64,000 nt of DNA. Source: Lingula anatina (Eukaryota > Animalia > Brachiopoda). The stretch is taken from assembly GCA_051362555.1 (NCBI GenBank), contig CM120640.1, forward strand, positions 71,836,788-71,900,787. Reading direction: 5' to 3'. Positions 1 through 14,100 of the stretch are shown here, in pieces. Position numbers and translations under genes: made by a program. How positions within the stretch are numbered: position 1 is the first letter of the stretch; every line of letters begins with the position of its first letter. The notes beneath the pieces are model-generated. The model did not search any database. It saw only the letters and a program-made list of their open reading frames with translations, and was not told the DNA's origin.

Positions 1-48
1 AAATATTAGTGGTGTGTTTGAAATATTAGTTACGTTGATGTTTTGCAG

Positions 49-469
49 ATCCTAACCATTCTTTGGTTCATATGGCGTTACAGAGGAGAGCCTATACTTC
101 ACTTACCTGAGGAATGGGTGTGGCCTCTAGGAAAAATTGTAGCTTTTCCCACTGGGATTCCAGGTAAGACATTTAATATACTCATTACTTACCTGAGGAA
201 TGAGTGTGGCCTGCATGAAAACTGGCAGCTTTTTCCACTGGGATTTCATGTAAAACATTTAATTCATTCATTACTCACCTGAGGAATGAGTGTGGCCTGC
301 ATGAAAACTGGTAGCTTTTTCAACATTGATATGTTATAATATCACTGTCTGCTAGCTAATTTGATATAAATCCTGATGTATTCATTCAACAGGTGCTGTG
401 GGCTTCACATTCTGGCTGATGGTGTGTAGAACTGTTGTAAATAAAGGACTTACTTGTGTAACAAGCTGA
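49..469 (+). CDS. GET1: GET1/WRB (tail-anchored protein insertion receptor), last two coding exons; 5' part lies outside the window
   Basis: Exons 49-163 (cag|ATC ... CCAG|gtaag) and 393-469 (ag|GT GCT ... TGA) join in frame to give ILTILWFIWRYRGEPILHLPEEWVWPLGKIVAFPTGIPGAVGFTFWLMVCRTVVNKGLTCVTS*. This resembles the WRB C-terminus (W.P...VAFPT...G.VG...W..VC) as recalled. Candidate AATAAA at 1908-1913. Confidence 0.88.
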
Positions 470-496
470 TGGAAAGGAATTGTAACACTGCTCACT

Positions 497-770
497 CAAG
501 TGACTCCACCAAGACTTGGACTGCTAGTACTACACTTAGAGGAAGTCATCCGTGCAAGTGACTCCACCAAGACTTGGACTGCTGGCACTGCACTAACTTA
601 GAGGAAAGCCATTAGAACAAGTGACTCCAGCAAAATTTGGACTGCAAGTACTACACTAACTTAGAGGAAAGCCATTAGAACAAGTGACTCCAGCAAGATT
701 TGGACTGCTGGCACTGCACTAACGTAAAGAAAAGCCATGAGAACAAGTGACTCCAGCAAGAGTTGGAACT
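497..770. repeat. About 60-63 bp tandem repeat x5 in GET1 3' UTR
   Basis: CAAGTGACTCCA(C/G)CAAGA.TTGGACTGC recurs at about 497, 556, 619, 682 and 744. Confidence 0.85.
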
Positions 771-1049
771 GTTTTTACATTTTGGTTCTCCACTTGCCAG
801 AGTTGGTGTTTATCACTCATGCTTTCCAACCTGCCTGCAGACATTCAAATCAAGGAGAATTTCTTAACGTTTTAATCAGGAGGAAAGGATTTATGGATAG
901 CAAAGGCATATTCCTGTGGATGTGGCAAGGTGTCATACTTATTGCAAATTTTTTTTGCAGATTCATGGGTAGACAGAATGTCTGTTTAGTGTTTCTTTCA
1001 GATGTAGACTTCTTTCAGAAGTGCATGTGTCCAAAACATTTTGTTTTGT

Positions 1050-1431
1050 TATCCCCGCACTTTTGAGACAAAAGTCGGGGATCATGTAATCGTCCGTGCG
1101 TCTGTGTGTTAATTTCCGCTATCTCCTCTTAGACCATTGCAGATAGGAAACTGAAACTTTGGGAATTGGTAGACCCATCTTTAGGGATGTGCATGGGAAC
1201 TTTGGAAATTTAGTGCCACAGGGTGTTGGGCTTTCCCCGGGGGTGGTTGATTCTAAATTCTTTTCACATTGTAATTTCTGCCGTCTGCTCCTAGACCATT
1301 GCAGGTAGGAAGTTGAAACTTTGGTGATTAGTTTACCCATCATCAGAGATGTGCATGGGCACTTTTGAATTTTAGTGCAACAGGGGGTTGGGCTGTCCCT
1401 GGGGGTTGGTTGATTCTAAATTCTTTTCACA

Positions 1432-1486
<55 letters not shown>

Positions 1487-1637
1487 AATACCTTTGGATG
1501 AAGCAGTGATGTGTGTGTATGTGTGTGCGTACTTGTATGTGTACGTGCATGTGGTAAGTGGTCCCTAGGGGTGAGGTGCTCTTGATGATATGGGGAAGTG
1601 CAGGGATATGCAATGGCTACCCATCAACACCATCTAG
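1050..1637 (+). mobile_element. Non-autonomous Helentron/Helitron-like element (HINE-type)
   Basis: 5' TATCCCCGCACTT has its inverted partner AAGTGCAGGGATA near 1596-1608. A GTCC/GTCT microsatellite follows the 5' end, there are two internal repeats of about 160 bp, a (TA)n tract, a short 3' hairpin and a CTAGT end in T-rich context. Confidence 0.6.
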
Positions 1638-3166
1638 TTTATAATGTATAAATTTAAAGGGTATGCAAGGCCTTTTTTATTTTTTTTGTATCAAAATAAA
1701 ACAACTTGTGTTTGATAACTATTATATGCCCTATTTATGATGTTTAAAATACACAGAAGGTAACTGGACACCAGCTAAGTGGATGAAGATGTTCATAGAT
1801 CCTCTTGGATATCATCAGGTTTTAAAATGGACTCTATACAGCATACTTGCTGCCTCAAATCTTTCTGTTGTTTGTAGTTTGTGCTTGTCCTTAATACATT
1901 TGATTTTAATAAAGTATTTAATATACCTGTTCAAAATTGGATTTTTGCATTAAATGGAAATGCAAAGAGAAAATGGATTATTAGGCAAATGAAAAAAAAT
2001 GTGGCCTTAAAATTTTACTTTAGAGTATACGTATGGAAGTGTGAACAACTCATCCAGTAAAGGTACCCTCCGTCACGTTCACTTATTTCATAGATATTAT
2101 AGACATGAAATTACTTAAATTTTAGATTGATATTTGAATTGGTTTGTTGCCAAGTGATGTTCCCCCCCCCCCCCCCCCCCCCCAATTTTGAAAATATACT
2201 AGTATTTAAATGATACATCATGAAAAGTATTTTTGTAATTATATTTATTTCAGTATGAAAAAAAAATCAATCTGACATATAAGAATAAAAAAGACAATTT
2301 ATCAGTATCTGATGTTGACTGTATTCTATATGCATCGTACTTAACAGTTACATTTTACTGACAAATCTATTCTTGATTCTAAAGATGTTATGGGAAAAAT
2401 ATTAATTTTATTTATTCTAAAGATAATATAGGAAAATAATGCTCTCAAAGCTAAAGCACTTGTTTCATCTCAAAAATACAACTGTAACTCCCTTTTTTAT
2501 TTTGGTTTACAGCTGTCATAAAAATCATAAAAAAACATGCAAGCCACACATCTGTATATATTTATAAGGAAAAAAACACCTGTCCATGTCTATATAAATA
2601 GTGACTAGAGGCAATGCTGGGCTGACCAGGGCCAGTGTAGGGCACCTGCCTTGAGCTGACCAGGGCCAGTGTAGGGCACCTGCCTTGAGCTGACCAGGGC
2701 TTAACTGCTACCTCATTTAACAGAAAGATGAATCAATGTTTAAATATTTTTTTTTAGAAAAATAAATGCATCTACATTTAAATATTTGTCAAGATGTTAC
2801 AATTGTGCATGTAAGAATTTCAAATTGATGGATGGCTGTTGAAAGAATCAGTGTGACATATTGCACTTAGCACATAATACAAGTCTGATATCACATTTCT
2901 CAACAGGTAACATGCTGATGAAGTGCTTTCTTGAAACTTACGGAGTAATCAGCAGACAAGACATGATCAAATATTCTTTTTAATCCGGCACTTCTCAGAC
3001 TAATTTTCATTCCCCCTCATTTCAGTTTAGACAGATTGAAGTTTGACAATCAAAACAGTAATGCAGATTTTTGAGACTTGCATACATACTTCATGCCTTT
3101 GCCTGCAGACAGTTACTATGTCATATGACTGTCACAACACCTGCTTTTCTATTTATCAGTCACTGA

Positions 3167-6100
3167 TTATAAAATGACCTCTTCAATGTCTTCTATGTCA
3201 TCAACAGCATTCACAGCTGGTTTAGCATTAAATGTGCTTGCTTCTTGACGCTGACGCCGAGGTAGAAGTGGAGAATTTGTATTATTTGGGCTGCCAATAT
3301 CCTCATCAAATAACCCTGTCCCACCACCAATGATGTTGCTAGATTCCCTCTTCCTCTGCCCCCCTGGTGCCCCCCCTGCTGTGCTGACTTCACTTTCCCA
3401 AGGATAGGCCTTCTTGTCAGATACTGGCTTGGCCTTGGTGGATGAACTGAAGATATCATCTTCACCAAAGGAAGATTTTGTAGCAGGTTTTTTGCCACCA
3501 CCAAAGAGTTCATCCATCAAATTGGCTTTATTATGTGCTTTGGGCCCTGCAGGACTTTTAGAACTACTTGGACTGTCCTTTTCAAAAAGAGAAGTTTTCT
3601 TTGATGTTGCACTGGATTCTTTGTTCCTGCTTGAGAAGGCAGATGGGGTATATCCCCCTGTCTCATTGTCATCATCCAAGAAACTTGCCTTGGGTTTGGC
3701 CTGTTTTTTATTCTTGTCCGACATATCATGGTGGGAAGGTTTTCCATTGTGCATATTCTCCACTGGTTTAGTAAATGTATATGTTTTCCTACTGGAGCCA
3801 GGAGAGAAGCCTCCTCCAGACCCAGTCAGGCTGTTTTTCCTGGTGTTCCCAGGAGAACCTGAAGCAGCAGGTGGAGAGGCACCCTCATCCATGGCTTTCA
3901 GTTTGGCCAACAACAAATCCTTTTTGCGTCTTTCTTCTTGGGCTTTAGTATCATTGGCCAGACGTTCTCGCTCTTCCCTTGCCCTGCGTTCAATTGCTTC
4001 CTTTTCCTGTTTTTCTCTTTCCTCTCTCTCCAGTTTCTCCCTTACAATCCTCTCCTTGTCTGCTCTTTCTTTCTTCTCTCTGTCCAATCTTCTTTCCTCT
4101 TCTTCTCGCTCTCGTTTTTCTCTATCTTCTCTTTCTCTGTTTGCCTTTTCCTTCTTTGCACGTAACATGGCAGTAAAGTCATCATCATCATCTAATCTCT
4201 TTGATTGTTCCTTCTGCTCATCTTGCTCTCTGTTGACTTTGTCATGATCATACTTGTCTCTGCGCTCACTTTCCTCTCTGTCTCTCCTCTCTCTTTCCTC
4301 TCTGTCTCTCCTCTCTCTTTCCTCTCTGTCTCTCCTTTCTCTCTCCTCTCTTTCTCTACTGTTCCTCTCCTCTCTCTTTTTCCTTTCATGTTCCTCTTTG
4401 TCTTGATATTCCCTTTCCTCACGTTCTCGACGCTCTTGCCTTATTCCATCATTTCCATCTTTTGTCTCATGTTTGTCTGTCTCTAATGAGTCATCATATG
4501 TAGAAAAGTCAAAACTAACTTTCTTGTCATCTTCTTTAGGTTTTGCCAACACTGCACTTTGATCTGGTGAAGACAGTGGCTCTGCCCTTTTACTGCTGCC
4601 TGCTGCTTCGATGGCTTTTCTCTGCAATAAGGAACAGTCATAGGGTCAGGGAAAAGCAGGGAAAAATAAAACAAATTTCATGAAGGAACACCCATCAAAG
4701 TTACAAAATACAAAGAATGGTCATGGTGCTGTTTTTTAAACAATGTAAATTTTAAAGTACCATTAACTTCATAATTAGCCAATTTAAAAGTGCTGAATAA
4801 TTTCTACAGACTTATTATATGACCATGAGTATATCTCTACTAATGAAATACCACAAAATACAGTTTATCAAAAGAAAGGTATTGTCAAATATATTCTGCA
4901 CTCAAAACATTCTTAAGGAATTCAGAAATAATAATGCAAATGAATGAAATGTCTGCCAAAGCAAGATTCTAATACACCTCTATTAAACAGCAAGACTTTT
5001 TTCTGCAGATGTCTACTTGAAGTTAAGAAATAAAAAAGAAAGGAAAAGAAAATGCAAAACAAATAAGCACACAGGCATTTTTGTTGTAAAAGCTGCAGTT
5101 TTCATTTACCAAACAGTGCTTATTATGCACTACTGGCCTCGGCCTGTAAGGAGACATGGCAACATAGATATGATTAGTGACAAGTAGAAACTGAGGTGGG
5201 TTTGGTGAGATGAGAGTGAAAGCTGAAGCAACATATGGTTTAGAATGTACCTTCTCCTTATTTTCATCACCAACTCCAACACTGTCTGCTGAATGCTGGA
5301 TAAGAGAGAAAGACCAGCTGTGTAAGTAACAGTTGGGCTCTATATAGGGTTTGTGTTGTATGGCAGTCATCAATATAAATAACAGTTGGGGTCTTTACAG
5401 GGTTTGTGTTGTTTGGTGGCCCTCAACGAACATATGTTTTCACACTGCCATAACTGGTTGATGAGCAGCTGAGGTTTACCTTATTTACTGACTGCAAGTC
5501 TGACTGTTTTTTTTTTTAGAAAAATGTGACTTGTGGAGATGAGAGGTAAGCAGAAGATCTAATAGCTGCTGACACAGATGAGTCGTAATCTGGTTCTCTT
5601 TATTACCTCCGCAAAGGGGTTATGTTTTCACCCCTGTCTGTCTGTCTGTTCGTTTGTCATCAACATAACTCAAAAAGTTATGGACCGATTTTGATGAAAT
5701 TATCAGGGTAGGTGGGAAATTATCAGGGTAGGTGGGAAATGGGTTAACTTAGAAGTGATTAGTTTTTGGAGGTGATTCAGATCAATAATCAATCAATAAT
5801 AATAAAAAATCGCTGCCTTGGCAAAGGTCTTTGCTCTCCGAGTGCTTTTCTAGTACAGTTATAAAGCAGCACTATCTGAAATAATGAGATCGGATGTTTC
5901 GAGTTTAATGGACTTTGTGGGGTGAGTTAGTCTGCATTTTTCTTTTCTTTTTAATAAGTATGACCTATGTGCATGAATAACTATTCAATCCAAGCAGCTC
6001 ATTAGTATGTTTATGCAAATGGTGATTACATCACACATGATAAGCCACATTCTAAAGGATGACACACAGCAGCTCTTCTATTTAGGGCCATTCCATGGTA

Positions 6101-7003
6101 ATTTTTTGCCATTTTGAAGGGCATTTGACACTTCAAACGAAAATAAAAACAAGGCAGCAAAGCTGTTAAATGTACAAACAAAAAGCAGAAAATTATGATG
6201 CACAAAATATGTTACTCTCAAAACTTCAACAAAAATAAACTAATCAAGCTAATTTTTTAACTTGATCTATATATCGGACCTTTAAATCAGTTCTGCAAGT
6301 TTCAAAGCAAAATATAACATTGTTTTCATTTTATTTGGAAATCTGGATAAAAAATGCTGAAACAAGGCAGCAAAGCTGTCAAATGTACAGACAAAAAACA
6401 GAAAATAAAGATGCAAAAAAGGTCATTTTGTCAATTTTGATGCAATAATAAATAATGCTTATAATAGCACTGCCAGTCAACACTGAATTTTAATCATGCA
6501 CAACAGGTAACATGGTCAATAACAGGAGCGGACCCTGAGATATTTTCTGAAAGTATTCCAAAGTATCTGTGTTGATCCATCCTCCAATTTGATGGTCTTC
6601 CAACAGAAAAAAAATAGATACCAGTCAATATAAACTTAATAACTTGACTGTCTTCCGGAAGACCCAGAAGATGGTCTCAATCCACCCCTTCAATAAGATT
6701 ACAGTTTCAGGTCCATGAGAGACCAAAGTCGCACGATGAAAGTCTCAATATTTGAACAAGGCAGCAATTGTTGATTATTATTGATAATTGATTGATTATT
6801 GATCCGGACCACCACCAAAAATTAATCATTGTCCTCTTTGGCCCACTTCCAACAGTTCCTGAAAATTTCTGCAAAATCGGTCCATAACTTTTTGTGTTAT
6901 GTGGATGACAGACAAACAGGGGTGAAAATATAACCCTCTTGGCAGAGCTTGAGGTAAATATAATTCCAATGAAGATGCTATTCAAACTTTTAATCTTCCA
7001 GTT

Positions 7004-7098
<95 letters not shown>

Positions 7099-8126
7099 TA
7101 TCAAACTGGAAGATTAAAAGTTTGCAGTAGCAGCGCAAAAAGATTGTTGTCAATTTTGATGTAACATTACATAATAAATTAGAGAATAATTATCACCAAT
7201 TTTTGTTTATTGACTATAAATAGGATGGACATGTAGAAAATATGATTACCATTTGGCTTCATGTCCTTGGGAGCTCCGAGTCCCACAATGAATATGCCAA
7301 AAAGATAATGAATATTACACTCAAATGTATAACTTCCAGAAAAAGAAGCCAATTAGACTGCTTTTCTAACTCAGGCTGCATTTTAGTCCTGTGTTTCTTT
7401 TTTGAAAGTTTGACAGTCATAAGTAACACGGTTTTCCCATAATGGTCATCAAGGCAGCAGCACCAAAAATTGTGTTTTCTTCTATTTTGATGCAACATTA
7501 CTTAATGCTTAACAGCATAATGACCATCGATTTTTAATAATAAAATATAAGTGTCATGGATTTTCACAAAATGTGACTAGCATGGGTCTTCAAGCCCGTG
7601 GAGGTTCTAAGTCACACCTTGGAAATGCCAATATGTGAAAAATTAAATTTTCACAAAAAACTGTTTAATTGCCAGAAAAATTTACCAAACAGACTGCATT
7701 GCCTACTGTAGCTGTATTTTAGTCCCATGTTTCTTTCCTGTAAGTGTGAGAACAGTAAGTGACATGATTTTCCTTAAATGGTCATCATGGGAGCAGTGCC
7801 CAAAATAGGGGTTTCTTCAAATTTTGATGCAATATTACATAATGTTTTACAGCATAATGACCATCAATTTTTAATTATAAAATATTAGTATCATGGTTAT
7901 TCAGAAAATGTAACTAGCAAAAGTCTTCAGGCCCATGGAACTTCAAAGTCACATCTTGAAAATGCCAAAATGTAAACAAGACAGCACTGTTCTGAAATGG
8001 GTTTATTTCCATTTTTAACACTTTTTTAACATAAAACAAAATAAACAGTTTACTGCCATTTTTATATGACCAACTAAGAAAATTGATGAGATGGGAAAAG
8101 TATCAATAGAACAGTGTTAAATGTCC

Positions 8127-8160
<34 letters not shown>

Positions 8161-11100
8161 TCACAAAAAGACAAACAAAAATACATCTGTAGACACACAC
8201 ACTAACACACACACACACACAATAACACACACAAGACATTCATTATACATTAAGTAAACATGTAGATAGCCGGACTACGTACGAAACAGTATATTACAAG
8301 TGATGCTGCACATAACAAGATACCAACATTTTACATTTCACATAAGAAATTAGCGAAAAAGTTAAGTAAATTTATAAGTGGAGAAACTAGTCAAAAATGT
8401 CCAACTTCCTCCATTCTGAGATTCTGAACATAGTGGATGAATGCATCTGACAAACTGCAATGATATGAGTTTATTTCCATTTTTGACACTTTATTACACA
8501 ATACATGATAACAAGTTTACCATCATTTTTACAAAATCAACTAACAATGTTGTAAAGATGCAGGAAATGTCAAACAAACACTTTTATGTATCTTATTAGT
8601 TCAATAATGAGACTGTTAACATGCCTAAGAATTGAATGTAAGGAAATGTGAAAAAACAGCATAACTTCTAAAATAATGGACTGATTATGCTGATTTTCAA
8701 ACTCAACCTGCGTTTTAGTAAGATTGGCCCCTCCTGTGAGTATAATGACAATTGGCCAATCTGTCTTTCTTATATTGTGTTATCAGTGTTGCATATATAC
8801 TGAAAAAAGTGAAAAAACAGCATAAATTCCCTATAAGTGACCCGATCGTGCTGATTTTCGAACTTGACCTGCGTATTATGAATATTCATCAGTTCTGTAA
8901 GTTTCAAGCCAAAAGGTAAAATGGTTTTCCACTTATAGTGTTATCGGTGCTGTATTTATGCTGAAAATAGAGAAAAGATAGCCTAAATTCACTAAAAATG
9001 ACCCAATCACGCTGATTTTCGAACTTGACCTGCGTATTATGTATATTCATCAGTTCTGTAAGTTTCAAGCCAAAAGGTAAAATGGTTTTCCACTTATTGT
9101 GTTATCGGTGCTGCATATATGCTGAAAAAAGTGAAAAAACAGCATAAATTCCCTATAAGTGACCCGATCATGCTGATTTTCGAACTTGACCTGCGTATTA
9201 TGAATATTCATCAGTTCTGTAAGTTTCAAACAAAAAGAAAAAACAGTTTTCCACTTATCGTGTTATCGGTAAAAGTGCACGGCGACGGCGACGACGGCAA
9301 AGACGGCGACGACAGACGCAGATGACGGCTATATGTACAGACACATCTGTGTTTGTACATAAAAAGCAAAAATAAGAAAACAGCATAACTTTTTGAAAAA
9401 TGGTCCAATCAGGCTGATTATTGAACTTGACCTGTATTTCATGCATATTCATCAGTTCTACAAGTTTGAGACAAAAAGTAAAATCGTATTTGTATAACGT
9501 TGCATAAAATCTGCTGAAAAAGCAAAAAAAAAATTTTTTTTTTGAAAAATGGTCCAATCACTTGACCTGTATTTCATAAACATTCATCAGTTCTGTAAGT
9601 TTGAATTCAAAAGGTAAAATGGTTTTCATTTTATTTGTTTAACAATGAAAGTGCACAGCGATGATGCTGCCAATGATGACAGACACAGACGTCGGCAATA
9701 TTTATAGACACGTGTCTGTACATAAAAAGTAAAAAAAAGTTGGGAGGCACATTATTTGTATGTTTATTTCAAAATTATTTATCCAAGTGAAATGTTTCTA
9801 AGTTAAAAAAGATTTTGCATATAATATCTCTGCCTTTTGAGTTCAAATACCAAGGAATGGCCCACATGCATTTCGATGAAAGGAATTGTAAAATGTTTCA
9901 AATTCTTACCTGTCTATCTCTGCGTCTATCATTAAACTGTTTGGATTTGTCGCGCGGTGAAATGCTTGGAGAATTGTCATTACTAGGCTGTTTTTTCTTC
10001 TTGTTCCTGCCACCAGAGGGCGGGGATGCAAGAGGGGAAGTCTCACTAGATGGAAGCTTGTGTGGAGGCTTTACAATGCGATTGCTGTAGATGTTTTTGA
10101 TTTCAAGCTCCTTTTCTTTCTCCTAAAAGAGGAAAATTAAATTTTATAATAGATTTAATGTAGTAAATGGGTATGGGTTAGTTGGAGGGGGGTGGAAGTC
10201 ATAAAGAGGAGATCTGCCGACAGGTTCTACTGGTATAAATGCATGGCTGGGGTAGCGCTAGCAATTTTTTTCGCTTAGCCAAATCACCACATTTTTGTCA
10301 ATTTGTTATCAAAATGGCTATAATTTGACTAAAACAAGTCAAATCAAGCCCTTTTTCTTTAGCCAATGTAAGTCAGTTTTAGCATTTGGCTAAATTGGCG
10401 AGTGTTAGCGCTACCCCAGCATGGTTAAACTTGCTGCATTTCTCAATTCAAAGCACATTTATTAGTGCAGAAGCAACACAGCAGACCTGTGCACAATGGA
10501 TATGGTACTGACATACAACACAGCAGACCTGTGCACAATGGATATGGTACTGACATACAACACAGCAGACCTGTGCACAATGGATATGGTACTGACATAC
10601 AACACAGCAGACCTGTGCACAATGGATATGGTACTGACATACAACACAGCAGACCATCTGGCAGTAATAACACAACCAGCAGCCACATATAACACAATCA
10701 TCTGGCAGTAATAACACAACCAGCAGCCACATTTAACACAACCATCTGGCAGTAATAACACAACCATCTGGCAGTAATAACACAACCAGCAGCCACATAT
10801 AACACAACCATCTGGCAGTAATAACACAACCAGCAGCCACATATAACACAACCATCTGGCAGTAATAACACAACCAACAGCCACATATAACACAATGGAT
10901 ATGGTACTGACATACAACACAGCAGACCTGTGCACAATGGATATGGTACTGACATACAACACAGCAGACCCTTGCACAATGGATATGGTACTGACATACA
11001 ACACAGCAGACCTGTGCACAATGGATATGGTACTAGGATACAACTATTGATTTTACTTACCCTGTAACTTTCCTTCAGTCTCTCATACATATCCCTCATC

Positions 11101-14100
11101 TCCAACAACTGTTTCTGTGTTTCCTTATGCTTGTTGATTTCCACAGCCACCTCATGTCTCTGTGCTTTCTTAAGGATCTCAACATGTTTCTCAAGGTCCT
11201 GTCAAAGATAACAAGAACAGGTAAATTAAGTTATCAGCTTCACCAAACACAATAATCTTCTACTTTCAACAGAGGATACCCTACACACCTCTTCAAGGGG
11301 GTTTTATCTTAGTTTAATTAGAAATTAGTATTTCACATAATTGTGTTTTTTCCTTTTTCAATGAACACAAAAACAGAAAGCAGCTGATCATATTACATTG
11401 TTTGAGGACAGGTGATATAGAATTAGCATTATGGACAATGTTTTATTACTGCCACTTTCAACATCAGCTACAGATACACTGGTAAAGTACTGCAAAATAT
11501 GTAAAAATACTCTAAAAATCACCATCTCACTCACTGCACCCTGGGGATGTCCTGTGCACAGCTGCTTGGGAGATGTCAACTACACTGGGGTATATATAGA
11601 TTTCCAATATGCATTCCAAAGACAGTTTGTAAAGACCCAATCCCTCCCAAGTGCCAACTGTCTTCAAACAAATGCAGGACAAGGAACTATTGATTGTTTC
11701 TAAATTAAGCATCTTGATCTCTCTCATGGTCTTAGTGTGTATTTTCCTACACTGCACTTGCTATAACAGCACGACAATTCTTAACAGTTAAACTACTGGT
11801 ACTTTAAAGGCATCATCAAGAATACACATGCAGAAGTAATTAATCATGCAACTGACCCTAAAATAAACTGGATATACACACTTGGTGTCTGGTAGTAATA
11901 ACACAACCAGCACCCAAATATAACACAAACAGCAGCCACATATAACATAACCAGCAGCCACATATAACACAACCATCTGGCAGTAATAACACAACCAACA
12001 GCCACATATAACACAACCATCTTGTAGTAATAACACAACCAACAGCCACATATAACACAACCATCTGGCAGTAATAACACAACCAACAGCCACATATAAC
12101 ACAACCATCTGGCAGTAATAACACAACCAACAGCCACATATAACACAACCAGCAGCCACATATAACACAACCATCTGGCAGTAATAACACAACCAGCAGC
12201 CACATATAACACAATCATCTGGCAGTAATAACACAACCAGCAGCCACATTTAACACAACCATCTGGCAGTAATAACACAACCAGCAGCCACATATAACAC
12301 AACCATCTGGCAGTAATAACACAACCAGCAGCCACATATAACACAACCATCTGGCAGTAATAACACAACCAACAGCCACATATAACACAACCATCTGGCA
12401 GTAATAACACAACCAACAGCCACATAAAACACAACCTTATAACACAAACACATAACACATATAACTATTGTCTCTTAAGTAAACATGATATATGGTACAC
12501 ACCTGGCACCTTTTAGTCTTTTCTTCAAGCTCATTTTCTGCTTTGGCCAGCTTTCTATTAAGATCATCACGCTCACCAAGTTTCTTATCATGGGAGAGAT
12601 CTTCCAATTTTTTAAGTTGTTTTTTGGTTTTTGTAACATCATCTTCTGCCTCTCGTAACTTTTTCTCAGTTCTACTGCTTTTTTCTTTGAGTTTTTTAAT
12701 TTGCTCTCTTAAAGTCCTAACTTCATCAGCATGTCCCTTAATCAACTGAGGAAGATCACTTTCTTTGTCCTCAAACCGTTGAAGTTCTCTATCCTGTTTG
12801 GCTTGCAAACGTTTCAAGGTCTTATTCTCCAGTTTGAGGTCAGCTATTTGCTGATGCATGTCCTCTATTTCATTGCGCATCTCTGAGATCTTTAGCTTCC
12901 TGGCAGATAACACTCTCCTGGTGACATTGTCACTGACTGCTTTACTGGTTCTGCCTCCCCTGGTGGCACGACTGTAACTTTTCTGGGCTGAAACAGGCAC
13001 AAGTAAAACAATAGAGTTAACAGTCATTTGAGATGATTTACTGCACAAATTTATTTGCAACATGGCAAGCATTCATTCAAACCATAATCAGTTGCCAGGT
13101 ACAGCATAACCAATCATGAGAAAAACACAACCACACACATCACTCAAATCTGGCACTGATAACACAACCATCTGGCAGTTATAACACAACCAGCATCCAC
13201 AAATAACACAACCATCTGGCAGTGATAACACAACCAGCATCCACAAATAACACAACCATCTGGCAGTGATAACACAACCATCTGGCAGTTATAACACAAC
13301 CAGCATCCACAAATAACACGACCATCTGGCACTGATAACACAACCATCTGGCAGTTATAACACAACCAGCATCCACAAATAACACAACCATCTGGCAGTA
13401 ATAACACAACCAACAGCCACATTTAACACAACCATCTGGTATATGCAGTGATAACACAACCAGCATCCACAAATAACACAACCATCTGGCAGTGATAATA
13501 CAACCAGCAGTCATACATGGCATCAGTAGTTTTTTAACAGCAAGTCTTGTTTACAGCACAATGAGACTTAACAGCACATACATAATAAATTTATATTAGT
13601 GAGTGCGTGTGATCAAGCAAATATGGTATGCATGCAATAGGTTGATAAGTATTGTAACTGCTAAAGAAAAATAGTATAAGAGACATCAAAGAGACCTAAA
13701 TATACTTCTTTACAGACAATATCACAAATAAGAAATAATAATACATAAAAGAAAAACTCAAGATTGTTAATTAACTTATATACAAAAAGAATACATCTGC
13801 CTAAAATACATCAAGAGTAACAAAAAATAATTAACTGCTTTTTAATAGATAAATAAAATAAAATGAAACAAAAAACACACCAGCTCTGTAGCTTTTGTTT
13901 CCCCTTGGAGTGTACCGTCTCTTACCACGCGGAGTTCTGGATCTCTTGCCATCATCATCTTCAAAGGAATCACTGTAATGTCCATAGGAGTTATTGGAAT
14001 GAGCACTATATCTACGCTCTCGGCTACGACTACGTGACCTTGGCGTAGGAGAACGACTGTTCCTACGACGTGGGCTAGGTGAACGTCTGGGGCTTGGTGA

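Noticed and set aside
3414-4486. Plus-strand ORFs (277 aa and others) rich in S/L/F
   Set aside because: Antisense shadows of the E/R/K-rich LCA5 last exon.
10443-13523. Cys/Trp-rich metallothionein- or keratin-like ORFs
   Set aside because: Translations of 42- and 44-bp minisatellites in several frames.
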